NCBI GenBank assembly: GCA_965226495.1
Contig: OZ245365.1
Coordinates: 3,008,001 to 3,072,000 of the forward strand
From: Candidatus Marinacidobacterales bacterium
GTDB lineage: Bacteria; Acidobacteriota; Vicinamibacteria; Marinacidobacterales; DATDRI01
Length of the DNA: 64,000 bases
Reading direction: 5' to 3'
Shown: in pieces, positions 9,277-18,990 of the stretch
Layout of the letters: every line of letters begins with the position of its first letter
Numbering within the stretch: the first letter of the stretch is position 1
Program-made: the position numbers and the translations under genes
Notes under the pieces: generated by a model
What the model was told of the DNA's origin: nothing
The model's input: the letters and a program-made list of their open reading frames with translations, nothing else
Database searches by the model: none

Positions 9277-12200
9277 ATGTTGGATAGGATCATTCGGTGG
9301 TCTCTGCAGAACCGGCTGGTGACGCTCTTTGGAGCAGGGGCGGTGCTGGCCGGCGGTATCTATGCCGCGGCGACGATTCCCATCGATGTGTTTCCCGACC
9401 TGACCGCGCCTACGGTCACCGTTCTGACCGAGGCCCACGGCATGGCCGCCGAGGAGGTCGAGCTCTTGGTCACATTCCCTATCGAGACGGCAGTGAATGG
9501 CGCCGCCGGTGTCAGGAGAGTGCGCTCGTCGTCCGCTCAGGGTATCAGCATCGTCTGGGTCGAGTTCGACTGGGGGGAGGAGATCTATCGGGCGCGTCAG
9601 ATCGTGGGTGAGAAACTTCAGACGCTGACCGCCCAGCTTCCCAGCGGGATTGGTCCACCGGTTCTCTCCCCCATTACTTCCATCATGGGCGAGATCTTGC
9701 TGGTAGGCATCACGAGTCGCCTGCACTCTCCCATGGAAGTCCGAACCGTTGCCGACTGGACCGTTCGCAAGAGGCTACTCGCTGTCCCCGGCGTGGCGCA
9801 GGTCGTTCCGATCGGAGGGGCCGTCAAGCAGTACCAAGTGCTGGTTCACCCCGCACGACTTGGGCTCTACAAGGTCGGGCTCGATGAGGTACTTTCTGCG
9901 GCCGAGCGTTCCAACGCCACCGCGTCGGGAGGTGTCTATCTAGACAGCGGACAGGAGATCCTGATCCGGGGCCTGGGCAGGGTGCGGACGCTTGAAGATA
10001 TCGAAAAGACCGTGGTGGGCCTCGCGGACGGCGTGCCGGTTCGTATCGGTGATGTCGCTGACGTGAAAATAGGCCCCAAGCCTCGCTTCGGCACCGCTTC
10101 GGTGAACGCCGAACCGGCGGTCGTCCTCTCCATCCAGAAACAGCCCAGTGCGAACACATTGGATCTCACCGAGCGGATCGACGAGGAGCTCGTCCGCCTG
10201 CAGAAAACCCTTCCCGAGGGAATGGAGATCGACCGTGGGATCTTCCGGCAGGCCGACTTCATTTCCCTCGCGATCGACAACGTCGTCGCCGCGCTCCGCG
10301 ACGGTGCTCTTATGGTGGTCGTCATCTTGTTCCTCTTCCTCTGGAACTTTCGCACCACTGCCATTTCCGTTCTCGCCATTCCGCTCTCGCTCGCTATCGC
10401 CGTCATCACCATGTTGCTGCTCGGAATCACCATCAACACTATGACCCTCGGCGGCATGGCAATCGCCATCGGGGCGCTGGTAGATGACGGGATCATTTTC
10501 GTCGAGAATGCGTTTCGACGCCTTCGGGAAAACTGGCACCTTCCCGAGAGCGAGCGGAAGGCGGCGCTTTCAGTTGTTTATGATGCGGCGAGAGAGATCC
10601 GCGCACCAATCCTCAAAGCAACCGTCATCATCTCCATTGTGTTCGTTCCCCTCTTCTTCCTCTCCGGAGTGGAAGGCCGTATGCTCCAGCCTCTGGGCTT
10701 CGCTTACATCGTCAGCATTCTGGCATCCCTGGTGGTAGCGGTTACCGTGACTCCGGTGCTCAGCTTGTTCCTCCTCACCGATGCCCGCTTTCTGGGTAAG
10801 CAGCGAACGAGCTGGCTGGAGGAACACTCGAAGCGGGCGTATTCGCGGGCGCTAAAGGTCGTCATGAGACATCCCAACGCGGTGACGTTTGCTGCGGCCC
10901 CGCTGGTGGTGGCGACCCTCGCCGTCTTCCCTTTCTTGGGACGGGGCTTCTTGCCGGAGTTCCAAGAGGGAACGCTCACTGTCTCCGCGGTGACCACGCC
11001 TGGAACGGGAATCGATGAGTCGGACGAGCTCGGTCGTCTGGTCGAACGAAAGATGCTCCAACACCCCGCTGTCGTTTCCACGGCGCGACGCACCGGTCGC
11101 GCCGAGCTCGACGAGCACGCCCAAGGAGTGAACGCCGCGGAGATCGACGTGCTTCTCGATCCGTCCAAAGGAGAGCTCGCCGAGATCATGGACGAGCTTC
11201 GAACTCGTCTCGCCGCCGTTCCCGGAACCAACATCACCATCGGTCAACCCATAGGCCACCGCATCGATCACATGCTCTCCGGCACACGCGCCGCGATTGC
11301 GGTCAAGATCTTTGGACCGGATCTCCATGAGCTCCGCCGCGTCGCGGAATCTGTGCGGGAAGCAATCCAGGATGTACCGGGGGTGGTCGACTTAGCGGTC
11401 GAGCAACAGGCCGACGTGCCGCAGCTTCGCATCGTGGCGAACCGTGACGCCATGAGCAAATACGGGGTCACACCCGGAAGCCTCGCCGATACGATCGACG
11501 TCGCCTTCTACGGTGAGCCAGTGAGTCAAGTGCTGGAGGGACAAAGTGCCTTCGATCTGGTGGTCCGCTTCGATGAAGCACACCGTGGAAGTGCGGAGAA
11601 AATCAGGAACGTCGTTTTGGGTACGCCGCTCGGCGTACAAGTCGAGCTGGGCTGGCTTGCCGAGATCTCGGAAGGTCGAGGGCCGAACAACATCAGCCGT
11701 GAGAACGTTCAGAGAAAAATCGTCGTGCAATCGAACGTGAGCGGCAGAGACGTGGCGAGCGTCGTCGAAGATTTCCGTCGCAACATTGAAGCGAGTGTCG
11801 TTATTCCGGACGGCTACTATGTAGAGTACGGTGGCCAGTTCGAAAGCGGTGAGGCCGCCGCGCGCGCGATCACCATCCTTTCTGCAGTGTCCATTCTCGC
11901 TATCTTCCTTGTTCTCTATCAGGAGTTCCACAGTGCCCGGACGGCCGCCCTCATCATGGTCAACCTACCTCTAGCACTCATTGGCGGGGTGGGGGCATTG
12001 GTCGCCTCGGGAGGCATGCTGAACGTGGCGTCCCTGGTCGGCTTCATCACGCTTTTCGGCATCGCGGTGCGAAACGGGATCCTGCTGGTGAGCCACTACA
12101 ACCGCTTGATCTCCGAAGGCGAACCTCTCCGAGAGGCGGTCTTCCGCGGTTCGCTCGAACGGCTAAACCCGATCCTGATGACGGCCCTCACCACCGCACT

Positions 12201-12381
12201 CGCGGTGATTCCCCTCGCTATCGGCGGTGGCGAGGCAGGCAAAGAAATCCAGGCCCCGATGGCCGTCGTCGTTCTGGGCGGACTTCTGAGCTCGACCGCG
12301 CTGAACATGGTGGTCGTGCCGGCCCTCTTCCTACGTTACGGACGACCTGCCCGAGCGGCAGACGTGCTCGGCGATGCGTAA
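9277..12381 (+). CDS. CusA/CzcA-family heavy-metal efflux RND permease (alternative start 9265)
   Basis: PIDVFPDL, EEVELLVTFPIE, GALVDDGIIFVEN, RTGRAELDEH and RLNPILMTA motifs; ~1035 aa. Confidence 0.93.
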   Translation: MLDRIIRWSLQNRLVTLFGAGAVLAGGIYAAATIPIDVFPDLTAPTVTVLTEAHGMAAEEVELLVTFPIETAVNGAAGVRRVRSSSAQGISIVWVEFDWGEEIYRARQIVGEKLQTLTAQLPSGIGPPVLSPITSIMGEILLVGITSRLHSPMEVRTVADWTVRKRLLAVPGVAQVVPIGGAVKQYQVLVHPARLGLYKVGLDEVLSAAERSNATASGGVYLDSGQEILIRGLGRVRTLEDIEKTVVGLADGVPVRIGDVADVKIGPKPRFGTASVNAEPAVVLSIQKQPSANTLDLTERIDEELVRLQKTLPEGMEIDRGIFRQADFISLAIDNVVAALRDGALMVVVILFLFLWNFRTTAISVLAIPLSLAIAVITMLLLGITINTMTLGGMAIAIGALVDDGIIFVENAFRRLRENWHLPESERKAALSVVYDAAREIRAPILKATVIISIVFVPLFFLSGVEGRMLQPLGFAYIVSILASLVVAVTVTPVLSLFLLTDARFLGKQRTSWLEEHSKRAYSRALKVVMRHPNAVTFAAAPLVVATLAVFPFLGRGFLPEFQEGTLTVSAVTTPGTGIDESDELGRLVERKMLQHPAVVSTARRTGRAELDEHAQGVNAAEIDVLLDPSKGELAEIMDELRTRLAAVPGTNITIGQPIGHRIDHMLSGTRAAIAVKIFGPDLHELRRVAESVREAIQDVPGVVDLAVEQQADVPQLRIVANRDAMSKYGVTPGSLADTIDVAFYGEPVSQVLEGQSAFDLVVRFDEAHRGSAEKIRNVVLGTPLGVQVELGWLAEISEGRGPNNISRENVQRKIVVQSNVSGRDVASVVEDFRRNIEASVVIPDGYYVEYGGQFESGEAAARAITILSAVSILAIFLVLYQEFHSARTAALIMVNLPLALIGGVGALVASGGMLNVASLVGFITLFGIAVRNGILLVSHYNRLISEGEPLREAVFRGSLERLNPILMTALTTALAVIPLAIGGGEAGKEIQAPMAVVVLGGLLSSTALNMVVVPALFLRYGRPARAADVLGDA

Positions 12382-12403
12382 GCGGGCCGGGCAAACATTC
12401 TGC

Positions 12404-12453
12404 GCTAGCCCACTTCCCTACTCGACCCGCGTCATCACCAGCTGCGCCGTCGA
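12404..12453. repeat. Right copy of 50-bp degenerate direct repeat
   Basis: 42/50 identical to 5658-5707; overlaps the 3' end of the 12418-12867 gene. Confidence 0.85.
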
Positions 12454-12867
12454 CGGCAGGTCGATGGTGACTTTGTCGCCTTCGACTCGATACTTAGCCC
12501 CGTCGAGGCTCGCCTCCGGCCCGTACCAAACCTCCGTCTCTTGAAACTCTTTCTTCGGATCCATGTGGAGCTCCATCTCCACCACCATGCTGATGGTATC
12601 CGGACCGGTGATTTCGTAGGTGCCGTGGTGCGCCTCCGCGAAGTCTTGGTTCCGTGGGTCACGGTTGAAGAACATGACGTGGAGCCAATGTTTCTTACCG
12701 AACATCATATAGCCGCTGGTTTTGTAACGGACTTGGCTGTCGGCTTTGACGTAGGATTCCATCGACCAAGTCCCTTCCAAATCCAGATTCCCACTCTCTC
12801 CGACCCCTACTCCGATACCAATCGCTACGAAGGCGAGAACCACCGCGAGCGTTACTATTCTCTTCAC
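12418..12867 (-). CDS. Small secreted protein, possibly lipocalin-like beta-barrel
   Basis: GTG start after GAGGAGG; signal peptide; LEGTW motif; last gene of the long minus-strand run. Confidence 0.7.
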   Translation of the reverse strand: MKRIVTLAVVLAFVAIGIGVGVGESGNLDLEGTWSMESYVKADSQVRYKTSGYMMFGKKHWLHVMFFNRDPRNQDFAEAHHGTYEITGPDTISMVVEMELHMDPKKEFQETEVWYGPEASLDGAKYRVEGDKVTIDLPSTAQLVMTRVE

Positions 12868-12897
12868 TTCATCCTCCTCGAAGTTTAGTTGCAACTC

Positions 12898-14316
12898 TCA
12901 TTCGGATGTTGGAGCGGGAGCTCCTTGAAAAGCCAACTCACTCCGCTCGAACAGCCGACCGTTAAGAATGACGACTTCGATATCTCGAAGATTCCTGATG
13001 TCATCCAAAGGATTCCTATTTAGAACGACGATGTCCGCTAGCTTTCCCGCTTCGATCGTACCTAGCCGATCCTCGGCTCCGACCATCATCGCGCCGTTTC
13101 GGGTGCCGGCGACGATGGCATCCATTGGGCTAAGTCCGGACTCGACCAGCAGCTCGAACTCGCGAGGTACGTTGTAACCCTGCAAAGAATGAATGACCGC
13201 GCCTCCTGCATCGGTACCGACGGTAAGTCTGATGCCCGCATCGAAGAACCGCTTGGTGTTCTCCTTCATCGTCGCCAGCGTGTCTCTTGCCCACTGGACC
13301 GAATCCATCTTGAGGATTCCGTCCATCCCGGCCACCGCCTTCTCGAGGTTCTCTTCGTTTTGCAGAGTCTCGGTGACGAAGTCTGGAACGGAGGCCTTCA
13401 AGATAGCACTGTCCCAGAGCTCGGGCTCATCTAGGTATCGGTAGAAGGACTCGAAGAGAACGAGAGTCGGGGTGACGAAGATATCCGCCGCCGCGATTTC
13501 CTCAGGTAGCGGATCGTCGCTCGGCAGAGGGTCCTCTAGCATGTGAACGATGGCACGAGGTGATACCGCTACCGCGTCTCGATACTCTTTGGTGTCCATG
13601 GCGTGGATCATCAACGGCACCCCACCTTCGCGGCAACGCTCGGCAACGAGGGTCATCAACTCCGGGTCCAAGCGAGGAAAAACGTTCGATGCTCCTAAGC
13701 CATTCTCGTATATGACTTTGACCAGATCGATATCCGCTGCGAAGTGGCGGTTCAGACGCTCTTCTACTTCCTCGGGCGTGGCCACTCCGCCCCCATGCCG
13801 CCCGCCCCATCCGCCGGGCGCCGTGAAATGCTCTCCACCGGCGAAGATCCTCGGGGAAACGATCTCCCCGGCACGCTCTTGGTTCCGATGGTTCACGATC
13901 CAATCGGTATCTGGCGACGACAGGTTGATGAGGGTGGTGACGCCGTTGTAGAGGAAGGCCCTCGGATTATTGGCCAGCGCGACCTTCTTCTGATCGTCCG
14001 AGAGCCCGAATCCGTTAGTCGACATGAGATGGCCGTGAGCTTCGATGAGACCGGGAACCAGATACTTCCCGCTAGCGTCCACGATCTCGGCGTTCGCTGG
14101 GACCGACATGTCAGCGGCTCCCACTCTCTCGATGCGGTTTCCCCTAATAACTACAACGGAGTCCGCTTGCGGACCGGCTCCCGTGCCGTCGATGAGCGTC
14201 GCTCCCTTGATAACGAGGGCGGGTTCTCCGCTTTCCGGCTCGACCGGTGGGGCGGCACATGCAGCAGCAAGCGTCGCGGCACCTACGATGAGAGCCCATT
14301 GTGTTCTGCGAAGCAT
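12898..14316 (-). CDS. Amidohydrolase family lipoprotein
   Basis: Lipobox LAAAC; PGLIEAHGH, NGVTT, GTDAG and GKLADIVVL. Confidence 0.9.
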   Translation of the reverse strand: MLRRTQWALIVGAATLAAACAAPPVEPESGEPALVIKGATLIDGTGAGPQADSVVVIRGNRIERVGAADMSVPANAEIVDASGKYLVPGLIEAHGHLMSTNGFGLSDDQKKVALANNPRAFLYNGVTTLINLSSPDTDWIVNHRNQERAGEIVSPRIFAGGEHFTAPGGWGGRHGGGVATPEEVEERLNRHFAADIDLVKVIYENGLGASNVFPRLDPELMTLVAERCREGGVPLMIHAMDTKEYRDAVAVSPRAIVHMLEDPLPSDDPLPEEIAAADIFVTPTLVLFESFYRYLDEPELWDSAILKASVPDFVTETLQNEENLEKAVAGMDGILKMDSVQWARDTLATMKENTKRFFDAGIRLTVGTDAGGAVIHSLQGYNVPREFELLVESGLSPMDAIVAGTRNGAMMVGAEDRLGTIEAGKLADIVVLNRNPLDDIRNLRDIEVVILNGRLFERSELAFQGAPAPTSE

Positions 14317-14326
14317 ATCTGCCTCC

Positions 14327-15724
14327 TCAGCTCGTCTTGTACGCGAAATCGGCCCGAGGATGTACCTGGCCGTCGCGAACGATGAGCTCGATTCGCCGTA
14401 CGTTTTCGATGTCTTCGAGAGGATTGGCTTCGAGAATCAGAAGATCCGCCAATTTTCCCGCCTCGATGGTCCCCAGGGTGTCCTGGACACCGATGATCTC
14501 CGCTCCGACCCGAGTGGCGGCCACCAGCGTCTCCATCGGGCTGAACCCACACTCGACGAAAAGCTTCATCTCCCAAGGCGTGTTGTAACCCTGAAAGTTC
14601 CAACCGACGCGTCCCCCGGCGTCAGTTCCTATCCCTTGCTTGATGCCCGCCTCGTGCATCTTGGTAATGTTTTCCTTGAAAATCGGAATCTTCTCCGCCA
14701 CCCAGTCATAAATGGCGTCGCCGGCAATCTTTTGGAAGCGTGCATGCTCTTCCTCCATGAAGTCGGGGCGCCGCATTCGATCCAGCAGAAAGGTCGGCAC
14801 TGTTCCCACCAGAACCGGATCGTCGAATCCCCCCGGCCGCTCGTCATAGTGGAGAAACGCTTCGAAGAGACTAACGGTCGGGATGACGGCGACATTGTTG
14901 TCTGCCATGTCTTGAAAAAGCGGGTCACCTTCCGGCAGGCGCTCCTCCAAACCGTGGACGATGGCGCGGGGTCGAATGGAAACCGCCTTTCGATACTCTC
15001 TGAGATTGATGGCGTGTACGTAAACCGGTACATCGTCCGCCGCGGCAGCTTCCGCGACGGCCTCGAGCATATCGTCGGGTATCAATGGAACGAGGCCAGA
15101 CTTGTCGGCGAGTCCATCTTCGATCACGATCTTGAAACCGTCAGTACCCCTAGCGATGTAGTCTGCGGCTCGCTGGCGAGCTGCTTCTGCATCTTTGACC
15201 GCGCCTCCGTGCTGGCTTCCCCACCCGCCTTCTGGTGCGAAAGAGCGTCCCATCGCGAAGATCCTAGGCGAGACGATGCTACCTTCTCTCTGCGCGGCGC
15301 GGCGTGCCCAAATCCACTCCTCCGTCGAGGATAAATTGAGAACCGTGGTAACGCCGTTGTAAAGCAGCGAGGTGCCATTGTGCTCGACGATCTGTTCTCG
15401 TTCTTCAGGTGAAATCTGATACGCGATGGGTGCGTCCAGATGGATGTGGGTGTCGATGAGTCCGGGGACGACGAATTTCCCCGTGGCGTCGACGACCGTA
15501 GCCCCGCGGGGCGCCTCGAGATCCGCCCCTATCGCCTCGATTCGGTTGCCGCGAATCCAGATGTTCGCGCCCACCTGTGGGGCGCCACCGGTTCCGTCAA
15601 TGAGAGTTGCATTCTGTATGAATACGCCTTCTTGCAGCGGCTCCGGCTCGCTGCTGCAGGCCCCAAGAGCCCCTACCAAGACGAGCAAACCCCCTAAAGA
15701 ACTACTTTTTACTCTTTTCATCAC
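14327..15724 (-). CDS. Amidohydrolase family lipoprotein (paralog of 12898-14316)
   Basis: Lipobox LGAC; PGLIDTHIH, GTDAG and GKLADLLIL. Confidence 0.9.
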   Translation of the reverse strand: MMKRVKSSSLGGLLVLVGALGACSSEPEPLQEGVFIQNATLIDGTGGAPQVGANIWIRGNRIEAIGADLEAPRGATVVDATGKFVVPGLIDTHIHLDAPIAYQISPEEREQIVEHNGTSLLYNGVTTVLNLSSTEEWIWARRAAQREGSIVSPRIFAMGRSFAPEGGWGSQHGGAVKDAEAARQRAADYIARGTDGFKIVIEDGLADKSGLVPLIPDDMLEAVAEAAAADDVPVYVHAINLREYRKAVSIRPRAIVHGLEERLPEGDPLFQDMADNNVAVIPTVSLFEAFLHYDERPGGFDDPVLVGTVPTFLLDRMRRPDFMEEEHARFQKIAGDAIYDWVAEKIPIFKENITKMHEAGIKQGIGTDAGGRVGWNFQGYNTPWEMKLFVECGFSPMETLVAATRVGAEIIGVQDTLGTIEAGKLADLLILEANPLEDIENVRRIELIVRDGQVHPRADFAYKTS

Positions 15725-15828
15725 CGACTTCCTCCTGTCCCCCCACCGCCCTCAGCAGCGGGAACCTGCAGATAGTAGCGGCCGCCAATATGCCTCGCTG
15801 CCAGTATCCATTTCGCCAGGCGGCGGCG

Positions 15829-17073
15829 TCAGACTTCAACCTTCCTCTCCAAGAGCGTGTATAGCACAACGATGGCGACGAGCGGCATGGTTCCCACCAA
15901 GATGAAAACGGGTGAATAGCCAACGTGGTCTACCAGCCATCCAGTGCCGAGTGTGAGGGCCAGGCCCCCCAGACCGGCCCCCATTCCGCTGAGGCCGGTC
16001 ACCGAGCCGACCGCCTCGCGGGGAAAGGCTTCGCCACAGAGCGACATCATGTTGGGTGCCCATAGCCCGAAGCCGAAGGTCGCCACACTGATCCCCGTGA
16101 AGGTGACCAGGATCGGAAACGGGAAAGCAGCGACGGCGCCCGCGGTCATCATGATCATTCCAGCCGCCATAACGATCAATCGTGCGTTGACGACGCGAAA
16201 ATCCCTTCGGATCAACCGATCGGAAAACCATCCACCGAGCAAAATCCCTACTCCTTGGGTGGCAAACGGAATCCACGCGTAGCGACCTATCTCGGCGAGA
16301 CTGAACCCGGCGCCGCGTTTCAAGTATTCCGGCAACCAATAGTGGTAGAACCATGAATTGGGATCGGCAAACATGCGCGCAAGTATGACGGCCCAAACAC
16401 TCCGCGAGCGCAGCAGCGAGAGATACGGTATACGAGAGCTGGACGGGACCACGGGCTCGTTCTCTTTGATCAGCTCGAGCTCGGAATCGGTAATACGCGG
16501 ATGCTGTTCGGGTAGTCGGTAAGATGTCCACCAGACGAATACCCAAACGATGCCCACCAATCCCGTCAAAACAAAGGCCGCCCGCCAACCGAGCCAGAGT
16601 GTGATCCAGGCCACCAGCGGCACCGAGACAACCAACCCTACACTGGTTCCCACGCCCCAGATACCGTTGGCCAGGCCGCGCTCCTGCTTGGGAAACCACT
16701 CCGAGACCCCGCGCACACATGCCGCCCAACTTCCCGCCTCTCCGACCCCCAGGAGAAAACGGAGGATCGAAAAGGACATCACGCCTCTCCCGAAACCATG
16801 GAGCATGGCCGCCGCCGACCACCAGAGCATGATGATCGCGAAGCCCTTGCGAGTCCCGATGCGGTCGATCACCCAGCCGGTTACCGGCTGCATGACGGTG
16901 TAGGCGATGAGGAAGCTAGAAAGGATGCGGGCGTAGCCGAAGTTGGAGATGCCTAAATCGTCCCGGAGCGTCGGCGCGACGACCGCGAGCGTTTGCCGAT
17001 CGACATAACTGATAGCGGTGGCGAGGAACAGAAGCGCCACAACCCACCAGCGGAGATTGGGAATCTTTCGCAC
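15829..17073 (-). CDS. MFS transporter (ACS/ExuT-like)
   Basis: ISYVDRQTL, DRIGTRKG, RFLLGVGEAG and EWFPKQERG; multiple TM segments. Confidence 0.9.
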   Translation of the reverse strand: MRKIPNLRWWVVALLFLATAISYVDRQTLAVVAPTLRDDLGISNFGYARILSSFLIAYTVMQPVTGWVIDRIGTRKGFAIIMLWWSAAAMLHGFGRGVMSFSILRFLLGVGEAGSWAACVRGVSEWFPKQERGLANGIWGVGTSVGLVVSVPLVAWITLWLGWRAAFVLTGLVGIVWVFVWWTSYRLPEQHPRITDSELELIKENEPVVPSSSRIPYLSLLRSRSVWAVILARMFADPNSWFYHYWLPEYLKRGAGFSLAEIGRYAWIPFATQGVGILLGGWFSDRLIRRDFRVVNARLIVMAAGMIMMTAGAVAAFPFPILVTFTGISVATFGFGLWAPNMMSLCGEAFPREAVGSVTGLSGMGAGLGGLALTLGTGWLVDHVGYSPVFILVGTMPLVAIVVLYTLLERKVEV

Positions 17074-17116
17074 CGGCCTCCTTGCGACCGAGCCTAGGTT
17101 CTCGACCCTGCGGTAC

Positions 17117-18016
17117 TTAACGGGCGCGTATCATTTCTAGAATCGCTGCAAACAGCTCGCTATCCGCATCACCCAGTGATCGAGCGGTCTCCGCATGGTC
17201 CATGCCTTCGAGCACGAGGAGCTTCGCGTCGACTCCGCTGCGCTTCAGTTTTTCGGTGAACTCCCGAGATGACTCTCCGTACGGCTCGTCCGTGCCGACG
17301 GCGATCACGAAACGTGGCGAAGGGTGGTTGATATTGAAGAACGGCGCCGCCATCTCGCGATCCGCCTCGTCGATGAATCCGGGCAGCCCGCTGATGTCTT
17401 TCAGGTGATAGGGGCCGCTAATCGGCGCCGCACCCTTGATGAGCCCCAAGGGAACGCCGTGCTTTTCCCCCCACACGCCATTTGCACCCGCGAAACCCGA
17501 CAGAGTGGCTCCTACGGAATGTCCGCCGACATAGACAAGCTCGGGGTCGCCACCGAAAGACGCGATGTTCTCGTGAATCCAAGCTACCGCCGCGGCTACG
17601 TCCTCGGACTGGGCGGGGAAACCGAAACCGTCCACGGTCAGTCGGTAGCTCGCCACCGCAGTGATGATCCCGTGCTCGGCAAAAGGAAGAGCCACTCCCC
17701 CGTAATGCGCACGGTCGCCCTCACGGAACCCGCCACCGTGTAGAAACAAGAAGGTTGCGGCCCCGTCCGGTTTTTCCTTGGGTAGATAAAGATCCAGCTT
17801 TTGCTTGGGATCTTTGCCGAACGCCAGGTCCAAGTGGTGAGGCAGCTCCTTACGCGCCTTCGCGGTGTCAGCATCGTTCGCATCGTAGAACGCAACCCAA
17901 TCGATGCTGAACTCGCCCGCTTTCTGTTGCGTGTAGTACTTCGATCGATCCTGCGCCGACGTCGAAGCGGTCGCGAGTAGGTAAACCAACACGACCCAGA
18001 TTGCCGCCTTGCTCAT
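17117..18016 (-). CDS. Secreted alpha/beta hydrolase (HSL/arylformamidase-like)
   Basis: Start MSKAAIW after AAGGAG; HGGG oxyanion motif, GHSVG nucleophile, C-terminal DH. Confidence 0.85.
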   Translation of the reverse strand: MSKAAIWVVLVYLLATASTSAQDRSKYYTQQKAGEFSIDWVAFYDANDADTAKARKELPHHLDLAFGKDPKQKLDLYLPKEKPDGAATFLFLHGGGFREGDRAHYGGVALPFAEHGIITAVASYRLTVDGFGFPAQSEDVAAAVAWIHENIASFGGDPELVYVGGHSVGATLSGFAGANGVWGEKHGVPLGLIKGAAPISGPYHLKDISGLPGFIDEADREMAAPFFNINHPSPRFVIAVGTDEPYGESSREFTEKLKRSGVDAKLLVLEGMDHAETARSLGDADSELFAAILEMIRAR

Positions 18017-18033
18017 GAACGAACTCCTTCCTG

Positions 18034-18930
18034 CTAGGACTTCGGCGGTACGTCGATCACCATGGCGTCCTCCGCCAGGATGACTTCGCCTGAGAAGATC
18101 TTCTTCGCATCTTGAACGATCTTGTCCCAAATTTCGGGCGAGCGACGCTTACCGTAGTACATCGAAGCCATCTCGATCGCCGCATCGCTCGAGGTGTAGG
18201 GACCGAGGTGAGTCAGGATCAGCGTCTTGACCCCTGCCTCCTGGGCAACTCTCGCGGCGCCCGAGGGGCCGGAGTGGCTCCACATCTTGCGTTCCTCGAT
18301 GATCTCATCCAGAAACGCCGTATCGTGAATGAGGTAGTCCGCCCCGCGCGCGAGATCGATCATTCCTTGGCAGGGGCTGGTGTCGCCGCTGATCGCGACG
18401 ACTCCATAGGGACTCTCGACCCGATAGCCCACAGAAGGCAAGCCAACCCTCTGATGGTGCTCGACATCTCCCGCAATGACTTTGAAGTTGCTCCCTTCGT
18501 ACACGAACCCGGGCTCGATGTCTTCGACCTCTACGGCCGGCGTGTCGATCGGCTTGTGCTTGATGTGAGGAGGCAAGGCCTTGATGTATCCCCTCACGAA
18601 ACCGACATCCGCCTTATGGGCCTCGAAGATCGTAGAGTGTGACATGTGACGCGTCCCAGTTGGACCGTAGACTTTCAATACTTTGCTGCGACCACAGTTC
18701 CAGGTGGTCATGATCAAGTAGCCGTAGTCACACATGTGATCCCAGTGCAGGTGGGTGAAAAACAAGTGGTCGACGTCCATCGGGTTTATCCCAGTTTTCA
18801 CCAGGTTGACAGTCGTTCGCTCTCCGCAGTCAAACACGAGGATGGTATCGTCGATGATCACCGCCTGACTCGGATTTCCTCGGTCTGGGTCGGGAACGGC
18901 CGATCCCGAACCGAGAATCGCGACCTTCAT
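18034..18930 (-). CDS. MBL-fold metallo-hydrolase (RNase Z/AtsA arylsulfatase-like); the SD-preceded ATG at 18977 is out of frame
   Basis: LGSGS, DCGE, THLHWDH, SGDT and THL motifs. Confidence 0.88.
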   Translation of the reverse strand: MKVAILGSGSAVPDPDRGNPSQAVIIDDTILVFDCGERTTVNLVKTGINPMDVDHLFFTHLHWDHMCDYGYLIMTTWNCGRSKVLKVYGPTGTRHMSHSTIFEAHKADVGFVRGYIKALPPHIKHKPIDTPAVEVEDIEPGFVYEGSNFKVIAGDVEHHQRVGLPSVGYRVESPYGVVAISGDTSPCQGMIDLARGADYLIHDTAFLDEIIEERKMWSHSGPSGAARVAQEAGVKTLILTHLGPYTSSDAAIEMASMYYGKRRSPEIWDKIVQDAKKIFSGEVILAEDAMVIDVPPKS

Positions 18931-18971
18931 CCCTTTTAGGCCTTTAGGCCTTTCAGGCCTTTCAGGTCTTT
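18931..18971 (-). repeat. Tandem 9-nt repeat (AAAGGCCTG/A) with one 8-nt unit
   Basis: Minus strand reads AAAGACCTG AAAGGCCTG AAAGGCCTA AAGGCCTA AAAGGG ATG. Confidence 0.8.
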
Positions 18972-18990
18972 CGCCATGCTGCCTCCGTCC

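Noticed and set aside
14045-15334. Long plus-strand ORFs opposite amidohydrolases (also 21102-22256, 51881-52900) and opposite the di-haem cytochrome (30195-31040)
   Set aside because: Antisense shadows expected in GC-rich coding DNA; the minus-strand genes carry clear family motifs.
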